A stretch of DNA of 64,000 nt from Curvularia clavata (GCA_023920165.1 CP089274.1:620001-684000); one strand, 5' to 3'. Shown: positions 26,059 through 37,512, counted from the stretch's first letter. Numbers and translations are program-made. The notes: a model not told the origin generated them from the letters alone.

Positions 26059-26312
26059 ATTTATTGTTGTTGTACATGACTAGTAGCTAGGTGCATCACG
26101 CTTGTTATGTGTGCGCTGTAAGGAATCAAGCGACATAAACAAGTCGTTCTTGGCTGACTAGGGTGATCCGACCTCACATGAAAGAGCTTAACAGATGCTC
26201 CGCAAGGAGGCGCGCTGGATCCAGCGACAGATTGATCCCCGAATTCTCAGGCGCCTCCCTGGGGGGACGTCAATCGTTATGGGCGTAGCGAAATCATTTC
26301 AGACTATCCATG

Positions 26313-27707
26313 TCAATCCCTGTTCCGGCTTGGACTCCATCTCCTGAAGACGAACTCGCGGACCTTGTACTTTTTCAGCACATCGCCAATGTTGACCATG
26401 AATCCACTCATTTCCGTAGAGTTCGTGTCCCATGGTTCTGGCACCTCGACATAGACCAGCATTAGTGTTTTCTGAACTTGCGATTGTACTCGGTTGACTC
26501 TGTGAAACCACCACCAATCTTTCCTTTGCTTATCCATGGACTCGGCATCCTGTTGTTCGTTCCAGTATGGGGATGAGTAAGACGGGATGATCATGATTGT
26601 AAACTCAGAATGAGTGAATGCGGGACCTCGCAGGTAAAGCGTATAATCCACGGCAAATTTAATACCCGGACGAACAACCCAACCGAGGGAGCGGAAGTGA
26701 TGGTACACAACATACCTCAGCACAAACGGGTTGTCTGGAGCGATGGATGGGACGCATGACAGCGCTGGGTGAACTTGTGTAGCGGCCTTGCTCATGCTGT
26801 ATGCAGTACGAAGATGTGTCATGGTTTTCTCACTGTCGATGATGTTGCTGGAAGTGGACGCGTGTGCACAATATAGTCGAAACATATACCAAGCTGGGTA
26901 GGGCTTCAACTGCCTTTCGGACTCGCTGGTACCAATATCGACCACATCCAAGGCACCGAGCACATAAGAAAGGAAAAAAGCCTCTTCAGGTGTAAGCTGA
27001 AGGTGCTCTATATCCGGGATATCGATATCCTCAAGCTTAGCGACGACTTCTTCTTCTTCTTCGTCTTCTACTGGTGTAGCGTTTGCGGCTTGATCTATCG
27101 TGGGGGCTTTGACATCATCAGAAGTGGTAGCACCATTGGCATCACCGTCTACAAGCTCATCGGTACTGGCCTCTGGTACCAGTTTGCCTTCTTTTCGGAG
27201 TTGTTGCTCGATAGCTTCACGTTGAGCCCTGGCTCTTTCCAGCTTGAACTGCCTCCGCTCTTCTCGTCTAGATTGGGTGACCTCTGTGCTTGTCTTCAAC
27301 GCCTGGGCTCCCCGGCGACTCTTCTCAGCAACCAGCCATTGCGGTTCACTTCTACTTAGAGAGCCCTTTCCCCAGAATCCATGTTCCCAAAGGGCTCGGA
27401 TTGAAACTGGGTCGGTGACGTGGATCGACTCGGTCTCTAGAGAGTAGTACGCCTTATGGATGGTTTTGTGCGACTTTGGTGGCCAGAAGAACTGCAGAAT
27501 GAGACTGGTGGCGAGTCGCACAATGGAGATTGGATTGTGAGGGACAAAGGCAGGTAGCGCATAAACATCTATTGGAAGAGGTTTCGCATGGATCTCATTG
27601 TAATTGGGTCTGCGTGGACGAGGTTTCCTCGGAGCACCATTTTCTGGCGTCTCTTGGTTTTGCTCAAGGACACCAACTGGGTGTACCTGAGGAGCAGGCT
27701 CAGCCAT
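26313..27707 (-). CDS. SEN2: tRNA-splicing endonuclease subunit Sen2
   Basis: GFWGKGSLSRSEP, EHLQLTPEEAFFL, YVVYHHFRSLGWVVRPGIKF, GPAFTHSEF and RRWSPSRNRD. Confidence 0.92.
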   Translation of the reverse strand: MAEPAPQVHPVGVLEQNQETPENGAPRKPRPRRPNYNEIHAKPLPIDVYALPAFVPHNPISIVRLATSLILQFFWPPKSHKTIHKAYYSLETESIHVTDPVSIRALWEHGFWGKGSLSRSEPQWLVAEKSRRGAQALKTSTEVTQSRREERRQFKLERARAQREAIEQQLRKEGKLVPEASTDELVDGDANGATTSDDVKAPTIDQAANATPVEDEEEEEVVAKLEDIDIPDIEHLQLTPEEAFFLSYVLGALDVVDIGTSESERQLKPYPAWYMFRLYCAHASTSSNIIDSEKTMTHLRTAYSMSKAATQVHPALSCVPSIAPDNPFVLRYVVYHHFRSLGWVVRPGIKFAVDYTLYLRGPAFTHSEFTIMIIPSYSSPYWNEQQDAESMDKQRKDWWWFHRVNRVQSQVQKTLMLVYVEVPEPWDTNSTEMSGFMVNIGDVLKKYKVREFVFRRWSPSRNRD

Positions 27708-28474
27708 GCCTAGTGACAGAAGCTTGATGTCGGAGGAAACTACGCAAGGATTAGCGGTCGTGCATGAGCCAATTTTACTTGACGAATAGCGAGAATTTTG
27801 ATATCAGATACCGTTGTAGTCTATTGTAACGGAAACAGCATCGACCGCCTGACACAGTCAAGTGAATGCCAGCGCCGGCGATCGTATAAGTAAAAAGATG
27901 TCATCACAAAATGGATGCTGCTCGAGGCTCGTCATTGCAAAAGCAGGCCCCCAGAACGAAAGCTATGAGAGCGTGCTTCTGCCATGCATGGCACACAGAG
28001 CAACGAAGAAATAAAAGTTGGAAACTTACCCAGTCTTTGCAGCGTCACGTAATGGCGTCGTCGATGAGCGTTGTCAGCTTCATGGCGAGTGTGTTGAAGG
28101 GAAGAGTAAAACTCGAAAAAGTTTGGAGACGAGTCTTCGCCAAGCCCCACCCCGATTGGTTGTGGCCCGCGCTCACGATATTCGCACTGCAAGACAGCGA
28201 CAACGACATGTCTTTGTAACATATAAGGTATCACACAGCGCTCATAGGGAATGCTTTAAGACGCTATTTGGATGAATTCGTCAAAGCCGTCTGTTTGACC
28301 TACTAACGCGAGAATTCGTCGTTATGACATAATCAGAAGCGATCGACTTCTCAGAAACAGCATCCGCGCCACACAAGGGCAAACAGGCATCAACAGCTGT
28401 TGAAACTGTCTATCTTGATCAGAGCTTACCTTAGGGAACTCACACGTCCGGAAACGGATTACAGAACCTTCAAC

Positions 28475-30172
28475 ATGCTACCGGCAGCAAGGTGGTCTGC
28501 CCGACCACCGCGGCAACTCCTTCGCTCGCTCAACACAAAAAGTACATTATCACTTGTCAACACCCGTAACCATTTACCAAACTGGACATATCAGCGATTT
28601 GCTGCAGCATACTCATCCAAGCTACCCGGTAACGAGCCGCCATCCAGCAACGCCAATGAACCTCCCAAAGACTCCTCAAAAGTCGATGCTGTGTCGAACG
28701 CCCTCGCGACGACGCCCGATTCAGAGAACAACCTCATTACACCCGTTTATATGCCCGAAGATCCCCATGCGATCCTCAAACAGACCCATCCTGCCATGCG
28801 CCTTCTCGACAATTCATCGCTCATTGTTCAACGGCAACTTGAGATGATGAACGTTCTCATGGGGTTCGAGCAAGCAAATCGCTACGTCATCATGGACCCC
28901 CATGGCAACCACATTGGATATTTGGCAGAGCAGGAGCATGGAATAGGCAACGCAGTGGCAAGGCAGATGTTCAAGACCCATCGGAGCTTTACCACGCATG
29001 TCTTCGATCGCGATGAGAAAGAAGTACTGAGATTTCACCGACCATTTAGCTGGATTAGTTCTAGAATACGGGTGTACGATGCCGTAGGCCATAATGGCGG
29101 AGCCTACACTAGTTCAGCCAGCTTGCAAGGTACGAGCGCGGCAAGTATTGCAAACCAAACAAGCGCAAACGTTTCGAGCTTGCCATTACAAGACATGCGA
29201 ATCATAGGAGCTGCTGAACAAGAGTGGGCACCGCTACGGAGGAAATACAACCTATTCCTGGCGAGAAATCTAGACGACGACCCCGCTGCACCAGGGACTC
29301 CACAGCTAGCATCTGGCGACCTGCCAATTTCGAGTTCAAAAGCCGTTACAGTAGCAGAAGGCGACACGCGAGAGGTGGGCATGCTTCAGTTTGCCAGGGT
29401 GGATGAACCTTTCCTTTCCTGGGACTTTAGTTTGATGACCGAAGACGGGCGCTTAGCAGGCTCTGTCAATCGCAACTTTGGTGGTTTCGCCCGGGAAATC
29501 TTCACAGATACTGGGGTGTACGCGCTTCGAATGGACGCTGCTGGCCTAGCGAATGAGCCGTCACATCTCATCTCGAAAACCGGACAGCAAAGTAGGCCTT
29601 CTTTAGAGCAACACCCAGGTATGACGCTCGACCAACGAGCCGTGATGCTTGCTACAGCGGTCAGCATCGACTTTGATTACTTCAGTCGGCATAGCGGCTC
29701 AGGAGGTATGTGGCCAATGTGGATACCATGGGTTGGCGGAAGTGGAGAAGCTGCTGGTGGCGCTGCGGCAGGCGGCGCTGCGGCAGGAGCGGGAGCTGTT
29801 GGAGCAGCTAGCGAAACTGGTATCGCTGGTGAAGTTGGTACGGCAGCGCGCGGTCTAGGTGTGGGAGAAGGTGCTGCAACTGGTGCTGCCACAATGGCAG
29901 GCTACGAGGCGATGCAGAGAGGGAGAGAACTTGCTCAACAACGGGGAGACGATGCCTCACCACAAGCCACTGACCCTTACGAACCATATCCTGACCAGCA
30001 CCCTGGTACAAGCGAGGTTGGCGAAGAAGTCTGGGGTGAAAACCAGGACCCCGGATTTGGACCAAGAGGCCAAGATCAAGATTTCTGGGGCGGTCAGGGT
30101 GGCCAAGGAGGTGGTGATGCGGGCGGTGGCGACGGAGGAGGATTCAGCTGGTCAGATATATTCGGAGAGTAG
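28475..30172 (+). CDS. AIM25: Phospholipid scramblase family protein (Aim25-like, probably mitochondrial)
   Basis: RQLEMMNVLMGFEQANRY, FAREIFTDTGVY and RAVMLATAVSIDFDYFSRHS; Arg-rich presequence. Confidence 0.85.
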   Translation: MLPAARWSARPPRQLLRSLNTKSTLSLVNTRNHLPNWTYQRFAAAYSSKLPGNEPPSSNANEPPKDSSKVDAVSNALATTPDSENNLITPVYMPEDPHAILKQTHPAMRLLDNSSLIVQRQLEMMNVLMGFEQANRYVIMDPHGNHIGYLAEQEHGIGNAVARQMFKTHRSFTTHVFDRDEKEVLRFHRPFSWISSRIRVYDAVGHNGGAYTSSASLQGTSAASIANQTSANVSSLPLQDMRIIGAAEQEWAPLRRKYNLFLARNLDDDPAAPGTPQLASGDLPISSSKAVTVAEGDTREVGMLQFARVDEPFLSWDFSLMTEDGRLAGSVNRNFGGFAREIFTDTGVYALRMDAAGLANEPSHLISKTGQQSRPSLEQHPGMTLDQRAVMLATAVSIDFDYFSRHSGSGGMWPMWIPWVGGSGEAAGGAAAGGAAAGAGAVGAASETGIAGEVGTAARGLGVGEGAATGAATMAGYEAMQRGRELAQQRGDDASPQATDPYEPYPDQHPGTSEVGEEVWGENQDPGFGPRGQDQDFWGGQGGQGGGDAGGGDGGGFSWSDIFGE

Positions 30173-30206
30173 AACTGCGATGTCTGTATAATTATTCTTC
30201 TTACTA

Positions 30207-31555
30207 CAGCTATGTGACTAAAGTTTCGCCGCGCTAGCGGAAGCCCCGCCCTCACCCAAATTAACTCCCATGATTACAACAGCCATTGCTCCGCCAAAAC
30301 AGCATATTTCTTTAATTAAATTTCAGAATATATTCCCTATATACTAGTATTTGGTTTGGTGTCCTCGCGCGCGTCGACAGGCGGTGAGGCGGCGCGGCAT
30401 GGAGTGGATCAGTGCCAAGATAAGTGAATTGGGTATCTGTCTCTAGTAGTCTTTTAGAGCCTCACAAAAGCTATCCCACTCTTCTTGGGCGACGCTATAG
30501 TTTCTATATTGTGGGTAGAAGTTATCCATGCGTCGTTTTAGAGCCCACTAGAGGTGTTCGATAGGGTTGAGATCTGGTGAGTATGGTGGCTAGTCGAGTG
30601 TTCTGATGTCTTGTTCTTCGAGAAATCTACGGACAGCGCGACTCGTATGTATGCGCGCGTTGTTATGTATATAGATCTGACCCGGCCGCCAGTGAGGCAG
30701 TAGTCTTTGACGAAGGACTTGGATGTAACTTTGGCTGCTGTATCCACCGCGGGGAGTATCTGGATCCCTTTCCATCATGATGAGTGAGCTCCGCCGAGGG
30801 TGCCCACGACTGTCCACCTATATAGCGCCCCACACCATCTGCTGGGGCCCCTGTGAAGGAGTAAGCTTAGTAATTATATCCGCCTTCCATTTCTCATCTG
30901 GATAGCGGAAGTACTACTCGCGTTGGTGGCCGGGGCCCTTCTGAATAGAGCACTCGTCTAAGAACTTTATAGTGCGGCGGTGCCAAGGGAACTGTCGATA
31001 CCTTTGGGCGAAGGCATAACGCGCTTTAATATGCTCCGCGGTTAGTTTTGGACGTCCCTTACACTAATATTTATATATATTTAGTTTGGCAAGGACCCGG
31101 TAAAGTGTGCGGCGGTATGGGCGCTTTAGAGGTGGCATACTAGAGATCATAAACATAGCCTCGTCAATAAGCTTTTTATAGTAGATTTTAGGCGTTCTTC
31201 GAACTATACGGCGAATAATCTTTTTCTGACGGTCTGAAAATACTAGTAGACGTCCGGAGCGAGGCCTGTCGGCAGTAGTGTGGGTAGTGTTGTACTTGTG
31301 GTGGAGGCGTCGGATGGTAGTCGCGTCTCGGTGAAAGTACTCCGCAACTTCTCGGTAACCTGCGCCCGCCGCTAACATGCCAATTGTGATGTTTCGCTCC
31401 GTTAAACTCATATTTAGACCGCGCGCCATAATTTAAAACACTCCGCAGTCGAATTGGATACACGTGGCGGTGGTGGTGGGCGTTCGAAGTTCTGGTGGAG
31501 ATTGTGGTGTTGGGCGGGGTTGAGCTAGCGCGGCGAAACTTTAGTCCTAGTACTG
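30207..31555 (-). mobile_element. Tc1/mariner (impala-like) transposon A, RIP-inactivated
   Basis: TA at 30205-6 and 31556-7. TIRs CAGCTATGTGACTAAAGTTTCGCCGCGCTAGC and (reverse complement) CAGTACTAGGACTAAAGTTTCGCCGCGCTAGC match at 27/32. Length 1349 bp. Confidence 0.92.
30344..31429 (-). pseudogene. Transposase pseudogene of element A
   Basis: Same 1086-nt span as the element B transposase, with multiple in-frame stops (TGG>TAG at EWF, HLWW and DCW equivalents) and the second catalytic Asp lost (QDN>HNN). Confidence 0.9.
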
Positions 31556-31564
31556 TAGTACATA

Positions 31565-32915
31565 CAGTACTAACGCATAAGTTTCGCGACACGGGCCGAA
31601 TTCCGCCCCACACCAAATCTTACCCACCATGATTTCACCACTAAAATTACCACCAAAACAGCATATTTTTGAAGTCTGACAAATATATTTTGTTCCTAAA
31701 TACTAGTATTTAGTTTGCCAGCCTTTTGCAGCTCGACAAGCTGCTAGACGGCGCGGCATAGAGCCAATTAGAGCCTCAATATACCTGCGTGGTATACGCC
31801 GCCAGCAGTCTTTTAGAGCCTTACAAAAACCATTCCACTCTTCCTCTGCTACGCTATAATTGTTATATTGTGGGTAGAATATATGCATGCGTTTTTTGAG
31901 AAGCCACCAAAGATGCTCAATAGGATTGAGATCTGGTGAGAAGGCTGGCCAGTCGAGTATTGTAATCTGGTGCTCGGTAAGAAATATTTGGACGACTTGA
32001 GACGTGTGTATACGCGCGTTGTCTTGCATGAAGAGCTGATTCGGACGGTAGTGAGGGAGTAGACCTTGACGAAGGACTTTGATGTAGCTTTGGCTGGAGT
32101 AGCCACCGCGGGCGGCATTGGGATCCCTTTCCATAATGATGAGACGACTCCGGCGACCGCGCCCACGTTCATCCAGCCATATAGCTCCCCACACCATCTG
32201 TTGTGCTATTTTGCCAGCGGGTATTTCTGTTATCATTCGTCTCTTCCATTTCTCTTCTGGATAGCGAAAAAACCACTCAGTTGTGGCGCCAGAGCCCTTC
32301 TGAATGGAGCACTCGTCTGAGAACTTAACTATGTGACGACGCCAAGAAAAGCTGCGGTACTTGCGAGCGAATAGCAGACGCTTGTAGGCATGAGATGGAG
32401 TAATTTTTGGACGTTTTTTGCAGCGGTGATTGCGTATATTTTGACTTTTAAGCACTCGGTATAATGTATCGTGGCTAGGAGGCTTCGAAAGAGTGCCATC
32501 AGGCTGCACTACAACTGCTACTTGGGCAAGCTGTTTGTATAGAATTTTTGGTGTTGCGCGTATAGCCCGATATATAATCTTTTTCTGACGAGTCGAAAGT
32601 ATATGTGGACGCCCGGATCGAGGCCTGTCACGCGTAGTGGCAGTAGTGGAGAACTTTTCTTGTAGTCGGTAGATAGTAGAGCGCGCGCGTCCAAACTTGG
32701 CTGCGACTTCTGACACTGGTACGCCCCCCTGTAACATGCCGATTGCAATATTTCGCTCGTCTACTGTCATATTTAGACCGCGCACCATCGTTTTCTGCAC
32801 TCAGCGCTCGAATTAGTGCAGTGGTGGGGTGGTGGTGGGCATTCAAAGTGGTGGTGGAGGTGGTGGTTGGTGGGGTGGTTGGCGCTAGTGTCGCGAAACT
32901 TTAGCGGAGGCACTG
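31565..32915 (-). mobile_element. Tc1/mariner (impala-like) transposon B, intact
   Basis: TA at 31563-4 and 32916-7. Imperfect TIRs CAGTACTAACGCATAAGTTTCGCGACAC and (reverse complement) CAGTGCCTCCGCTAAAGTTTCGCGACAC. Length 1351 bp. Confidence 0.93.
31703..32788 (-). CDS. DD34E Tc1-family transposase, 361 aa
   Basis: N-terminal HTH with RSGRP, then FSDE, MQDNARIH and SPDLNPIE. There are 34 residues between the second D and the E. Confidence 0.95.
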   Translation of the reverse strand: MVRGLNMTVDERNIAIGMLQGGVPVSEVAAKFGRARSTIYRLQEKFSTTATTRDRPRSGRPHILSTRQKKIIYRAIRATPKILYKQLAQVAVVVQPDGTLSKPPSHDTLYRVLKSQNIRNHRCKKRPKITPSHAYKRLLFARKYRSFSWRRHIVKFSDECSIQKGSGATTEWFFRYPEEKWKRRMITEIPAGKIAQQMVWGAIWLDERGRGRRSRLIIMERDPNAARGGYSSQSYIKVLRQGLLPHYRPNQLFMQDNARIHTSQVVQIFLTEHQITILDWPAFSPDLNPIEHLWWLLKKRMHIFYPQYNNYSVAEEEWNGFCKALKDCWRRIPRRYIEALIGSMPRRLAACRAAKGWQTKY

Positions 32916-32966
32916 TAGATACCTCAACTCTCATAATCGAATAGTCAAACTGAGCATGAGTCTTGT

Positions 32967-35169
32967 CTAACCATAAGTTCCACCTCTCTTTAGCTTCGTC
33001 ACCTCATTCACAGTTCCAAACGCCGCCAGGGACTCGCCGTCCTTGACTTCCCCAAACCGTACCTTAAGATCCAAGAGCTCTTTCGTATGATTTTTCGATC
33101 CACCCAGACACGCCTCTTTGGCCAATTTAGTGAGGTCGGAATTTCCATTCGCTACAGCACATAACACCTGCAGGAAAATACCTGAGTCAGCAGCTACACC
33201 GTTCCGCCAGAGAGCAAACAGTCCGAGAATTATGAACACGAGACACACGCCTAAAGTTGTTGCGTATGACACGATGAGGCGGGTTGGATCTTTAAACACG
33301 TATGCGTTTTTGTAATTGATGATTGCGACTTCGGTTTTGGCCGTACTTGTCGCGTCGTTGAAGATGGAGAGCGTCGTGTTTCTCATGAGCTCTTCGAATA
33401 CTGTGGGCGATAGTTTTAGGCGGAGATCGATGTATCGATAGATGGATTCATTACGGATTGGCACTGCGAGGGGCGTTTCTTGAATCATGGTGTTTCCAAC
33501 GCCCTGGGCTTCGAGTCCTGTTCGAGTGAGTATTGTTAGCCCGATTTAAGTTCTAGTGATTAGGCACAATTATCAAGAAGAATTCTTGGCTCGACAAATC
33601 TCGTAACTCCAGATACAAGTAAAGAGAAAGGGAAAGAGTAGAAGGTTTTGATTCCAGAATGAGAAAAGTAGGAGCTCACATACCGTATTCTACAATGTAT
33701 CCAGAAAGACAATATAGCATTGCATCCCCTATGGACCTTATTTGCGTGCCATGCATGGCAGATAAAATCTGTTCTTCTGTCTTTTTGAGAAGTGGTGTTG
33801 GATACGTGATCGGAGCAGTCCCTGGATCGGAAACCATGAGGTCGTAGAACAGTGAAGACACATCCAGAGAGGAGGCGTTCAAGGGCTTTTCATTGGTAAG
33901 ATGGACGTCAATGCTCTGGGTACCATTCTTGTACGTCACTTGAGAGTTGTATGTAGCGTCCATCATGACGCAACTAAAGTACTTGAAGGAATCGTCGTCT
34001 GGGGCGCGGTAGCTGACGACGAAAACAAATGAGTCATCCGCAGACTGACCAGAAAGAAAGGTATTGTTAGATTTAATCGGTGCTCCCATGTAGTTGTAGT
34101 GAGTCGGATCGAAGTCCTCGAGATCTTTAAACGGGCTTGTGTATGCTATCGGAAATGTCGAATCGTTAAGATTGGGCATAGTCGTGACATCAGCACATTG
34201 CAGACTTGGAGCCGCAAACGTTAAGTTGTAGGAGCAATCAAGCCCACAGGGTGAAGGACGTGTAAGAAAAGCCCCTTGAAGCAATGTCTTTCTGGCTAGC
34301 CCTTTGTACCTGTCAGCTGGTAGCCTAATATCTGTTAGATTTAAACATCGTAAAGAATGTGATATTGAGATGCTATCACTGGAAACTCACCGGTATTCTC
34401 CGTCAAAACCAGGAGTAAACATAGCGTTTTGGAAAAAGGCAACCGCAGATCCGTTGCCATGATAGTCGATGTCCAGAGTAGGAACCGATATCGACCTGTT
34501 TTCAGGGTAGGCAAGGAGATTTACTTCGAGTGCACCAGGGGGGAAGAGAGTGGCAATGGGTATTAAGGCAAAGAAAAGCCCAAAGGTCCAAAGTACCGGG
34601 ACATGTGCCAACAGGTCGAGTCGGTATAGTTTCAAAGGACCAGTGTTGAGTGAGAAGAGAGCGTCGATTTTTGAAACCGATAAGTGGTGGTTTCGAAAAT
34701 ACCGCCAGAGAAGTTGGGTGAATGCCTGAGATGCTGATGCAGCAAGAAGCACGGAGAATACGCGAGCGAAGGCGAGAGAGATGGCTGAATTCCAACTTTG
34801 TGGTATACTTGAGTCTACAGGTTGTTGATCAAGCTTGAGACAATAGATGTAGTGTCCTATTGCCACACCGAGTGCTTTGTAAGACTTTAGCTGCGGGACT
34901 TCTCAGAGAACGTTTGTCTAAACCATACCTAATACAAAGGCGAGGATTATCAAGAATGGGGTCATCCAGCCAATCGTCCATTTGCAGGTCTTGGATGTGT
35001 CGCGAGCGCTTTCGTTGTCGTTATAGCCTGTTTCAGCACTTTTCGATCTTTCCTCTGTGCGCGGATCCAATTCATACACATGAATGTTTTTAACAGGTTT
35101 GCCATTTTCGTCAAGAAGAGAAGCACGCGATGAATTGACCGGTCGTGTTGGCGGATCCATGGGTGACAT
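32967..35169 (-). CDS. Hypothetical multi-pass membrane protein (fungal expanded family)
   Basis: Four exons joined in frame through introns 34928..34875, 34390..34325 and 33683..33518. Three N-terminal TM segments, PSPCGLDCSYNLTFAAPSLQC, and a C-terminal TM followed by KVRFGEV. Confidence 0.75.
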
Positions 35170-36486
35170 CTTTGAAGCCACCTTTCGGCGGCTCTGGCTA
35201 GCACAAGTTTGAAGGCATTAGTAGTAGAGGAAGAGGGAGAATATCAAAGTACAGAACGGTCCATGTGCCAAGGGTCTGTGTGGTCGCCATATCTTCCTAA
35301 CTCGACTTGGATTGTCATCTTGGTTCCATCGGTGTACTATACCTATTCTAGCAACCCGATAGTGAATTGTAGTTAGCAATGAGGAACCCACTTGGTTTCG
35401 ACTCGATCAAAATAGCTAGTCGTAAGGTGTTCAGCTCTCGGCGCTTCGTGCTGTTTGATTTCACCGCTCGCTTAAAGCGAAAGAGGAAATCAGGAGATGT
35501 TTGGAGGCCTTAAAATAGAGTCAGAGCTGAAGACCCCCAATTCATTCCATTGCATATTGCAAAATATGAGGCTACCGGTACTTGTGCCAGTAGAATAGCC
35601 AAGCTGAATTAGCGTCGGAGTTTTGTTCTTCACGTTGCAGCGGACACGGCATGGTGATCAAATTCTAGGCGGGTAATGCTTCCGAACTTCACCCAAGCCT
35701 GGAATTGATCCAAGCTGAAAAGCACAAAGCGTCACACAACGATAGGCTCCAGTGCTGTGGAACTCTAGAGTTCTTGTCGTTCGCTAGAGTAGGTCACGAG
35801 GCGCGTTGTGCGTCGCTCAGGATGAGCCGCCGCCTTCAGACAACTTGCAGTATTACCAAAGCAGCGAGAGTAGCATCTCGCTAGTCTGTTCAGAACATTA
35901 GTCTTGATTAGACGATCGACGAGAGTATAACTCTTGGACTATTCCAGAATTTCACATCACAGGGGAAAATACCGTAAGAGTGTAAGATCATTCTTCTTGT
36001 AATGAATTTCCTTAGTGGAAGGGCTGAGTGCGGCTGATTGTACTACTACCGGAAATGCAGCATAGCAAAGCTGAAATGCAAAGAGCATGCTACAATTGGA
36101 CGCCACCTAGACACGGCCATGCAGCCGACAGCTGCAAGTCCTAAATACGCTGATTTCTTAACTACCTTCGCCCGCGCTTGCAATCGGTGTCCAGCCTTCG
36201 AGCGTCTACTAGTTCAATACTTTGTAAGTTAATAGGTACACGCCAGTAATGACGCCTTACCCCGCATTATGTACATGGGAAACGGCTTTACCCCAAACCC
36301 AGACCTATCCCCAAATTTTCCGACGTCCTTGCTTTCGGGTGCAATTGACCCGGAGCCTACCTATTATCCCATAGACTGCAACTCGAAAATCGGCCAAGAC
36401 CCTGATTTGTAGGTGTAAATAAATATACTTTGAACGCGAACAAGATGGACACGCCTTTTGTTTATACCTGATTGTAGCTGGTCACA

Positions 36487-37512
36487 ATGAGACTGGTCAC
36501 GACTTTGTATTTCTCAGCGGCGTTCTGCGCAAGCGCAGGAGCGATACCGACCTCTCCGAATTTGAAGAAAGATTCTTTTGACTGGACAACTATCAAATCT
36601 CTGATAGCTTTTGGCGACAGTTATACGTTCGTCCAGGGTACCCTCGGCCATTCAAACTACTCTTTTATTGGCGATGAATTGAACCTATCCTTTACGCCGA
36701 CACAACTCTTTTCCGACCGAATCGTGCAGAATCTCACAGGAACAGCGGAAGGCGGCCCTAACTGGGTTGAGTTCCTGACCGATTGCGGTGTGGAAGACGG
36801 CCTACACGACCCTCAGGAATGCGACATTCAGCTCTGGGACTTTGCCTACGCGGGCGCGAATACGATCGAGGAGGCTGGCTTCACGCCACTCCATCACAAT
36901 CATACTGTCTCTTTACAACGCCAGGTCGAGCAGTTCATTTCTTCTGGAAATCCTGCTCTCGAATCTATTCACTTGCGTAAGAAAGACACGCTGGTAGCCG
37001 TTTGGATCGGTATCAATGACATCAATGACCTTGTCGCTACACAGGGTAAAAATGCAACGTTCGCGCCAGCCTACGAAAAAGTCCAGATGAATGTGTTTAA
37101 GAATGTAGAAAAGATCTATGAACTGGGATACAGAAACTTCTTGTTCATGAACCTCCCACCTCTGGACCGTGGACCAGGTACACCCAACGTCAATGCCTCG
37201 CTCGTTGAGTCTTTCAACAGCATTCAGGCCACACATGCCGACCACTTCGCAACGAAACACTGCGATGCAACGGTTTTACAGTTTGATGTCAACAGCGTTC
37301 TAAACAATGTATTGGATCATTATCAAGAGTATGGATACAAGAATATTACGAGTTACTGCCCAGGATACAATCAACCCGATATTCTGACTAACCCAGAAAA
37401 ATATGGTTGTACGGAATTAGACACCTACTTTTGGTATAATTCGGGACACTTGACGAGCCGGACGCATGAAATTATGACGGACGTATTAAGGGAGTGGATA
37501 TTGAAGCAATAG
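36487..37512 (+). CDS. Secreted SGNH/GDSL esterase (CE16 acetylesterase-like)
   Basis: Signal peptide, FGDSYT, GGPNWV, WDFAYAGA, WIGIND and FWYNSGHL. Confidence 0.88.
   Translation: MRLVTTLYFSAAFCASAGAIPTSPNLKKDSFDWTTIKSLIAFGDSYTFVQGTLGHSNYSFIGDELNLSFTPTQLFSDRIVQNLTGTAEGGPNWVEFLTDCGVEDGLHDPQECDIQLWDFAYAGANTIEEAGFTPLHHNHTVSLQRQVEQFISSGNPALESIHLRKKDTLVAVWIGINDINDLVATQGKNATFAPAYEKVQMNVFKNVEKIYELGYRNFLFMNLPPLDRGPGTPNVNASLVESFNSIQATHADHFATKHCDATVLQFDVNSVLNNVLDHYQEYGYKNITSYCPGYNQPDILTNPEKYGCTELDTYFWYNSGHLTSRTHEIMTDVLREWILKQ

Noticed and set aside
26198..26300. Call as an HDV-like or hammerhead ribozyme
   Set aside because: The L3 UCCNCG, P1.1 GG and J4/2 catalytic C are not in place, and there is no CUGANGA/GAAA core. 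Kept only as a generic structure.
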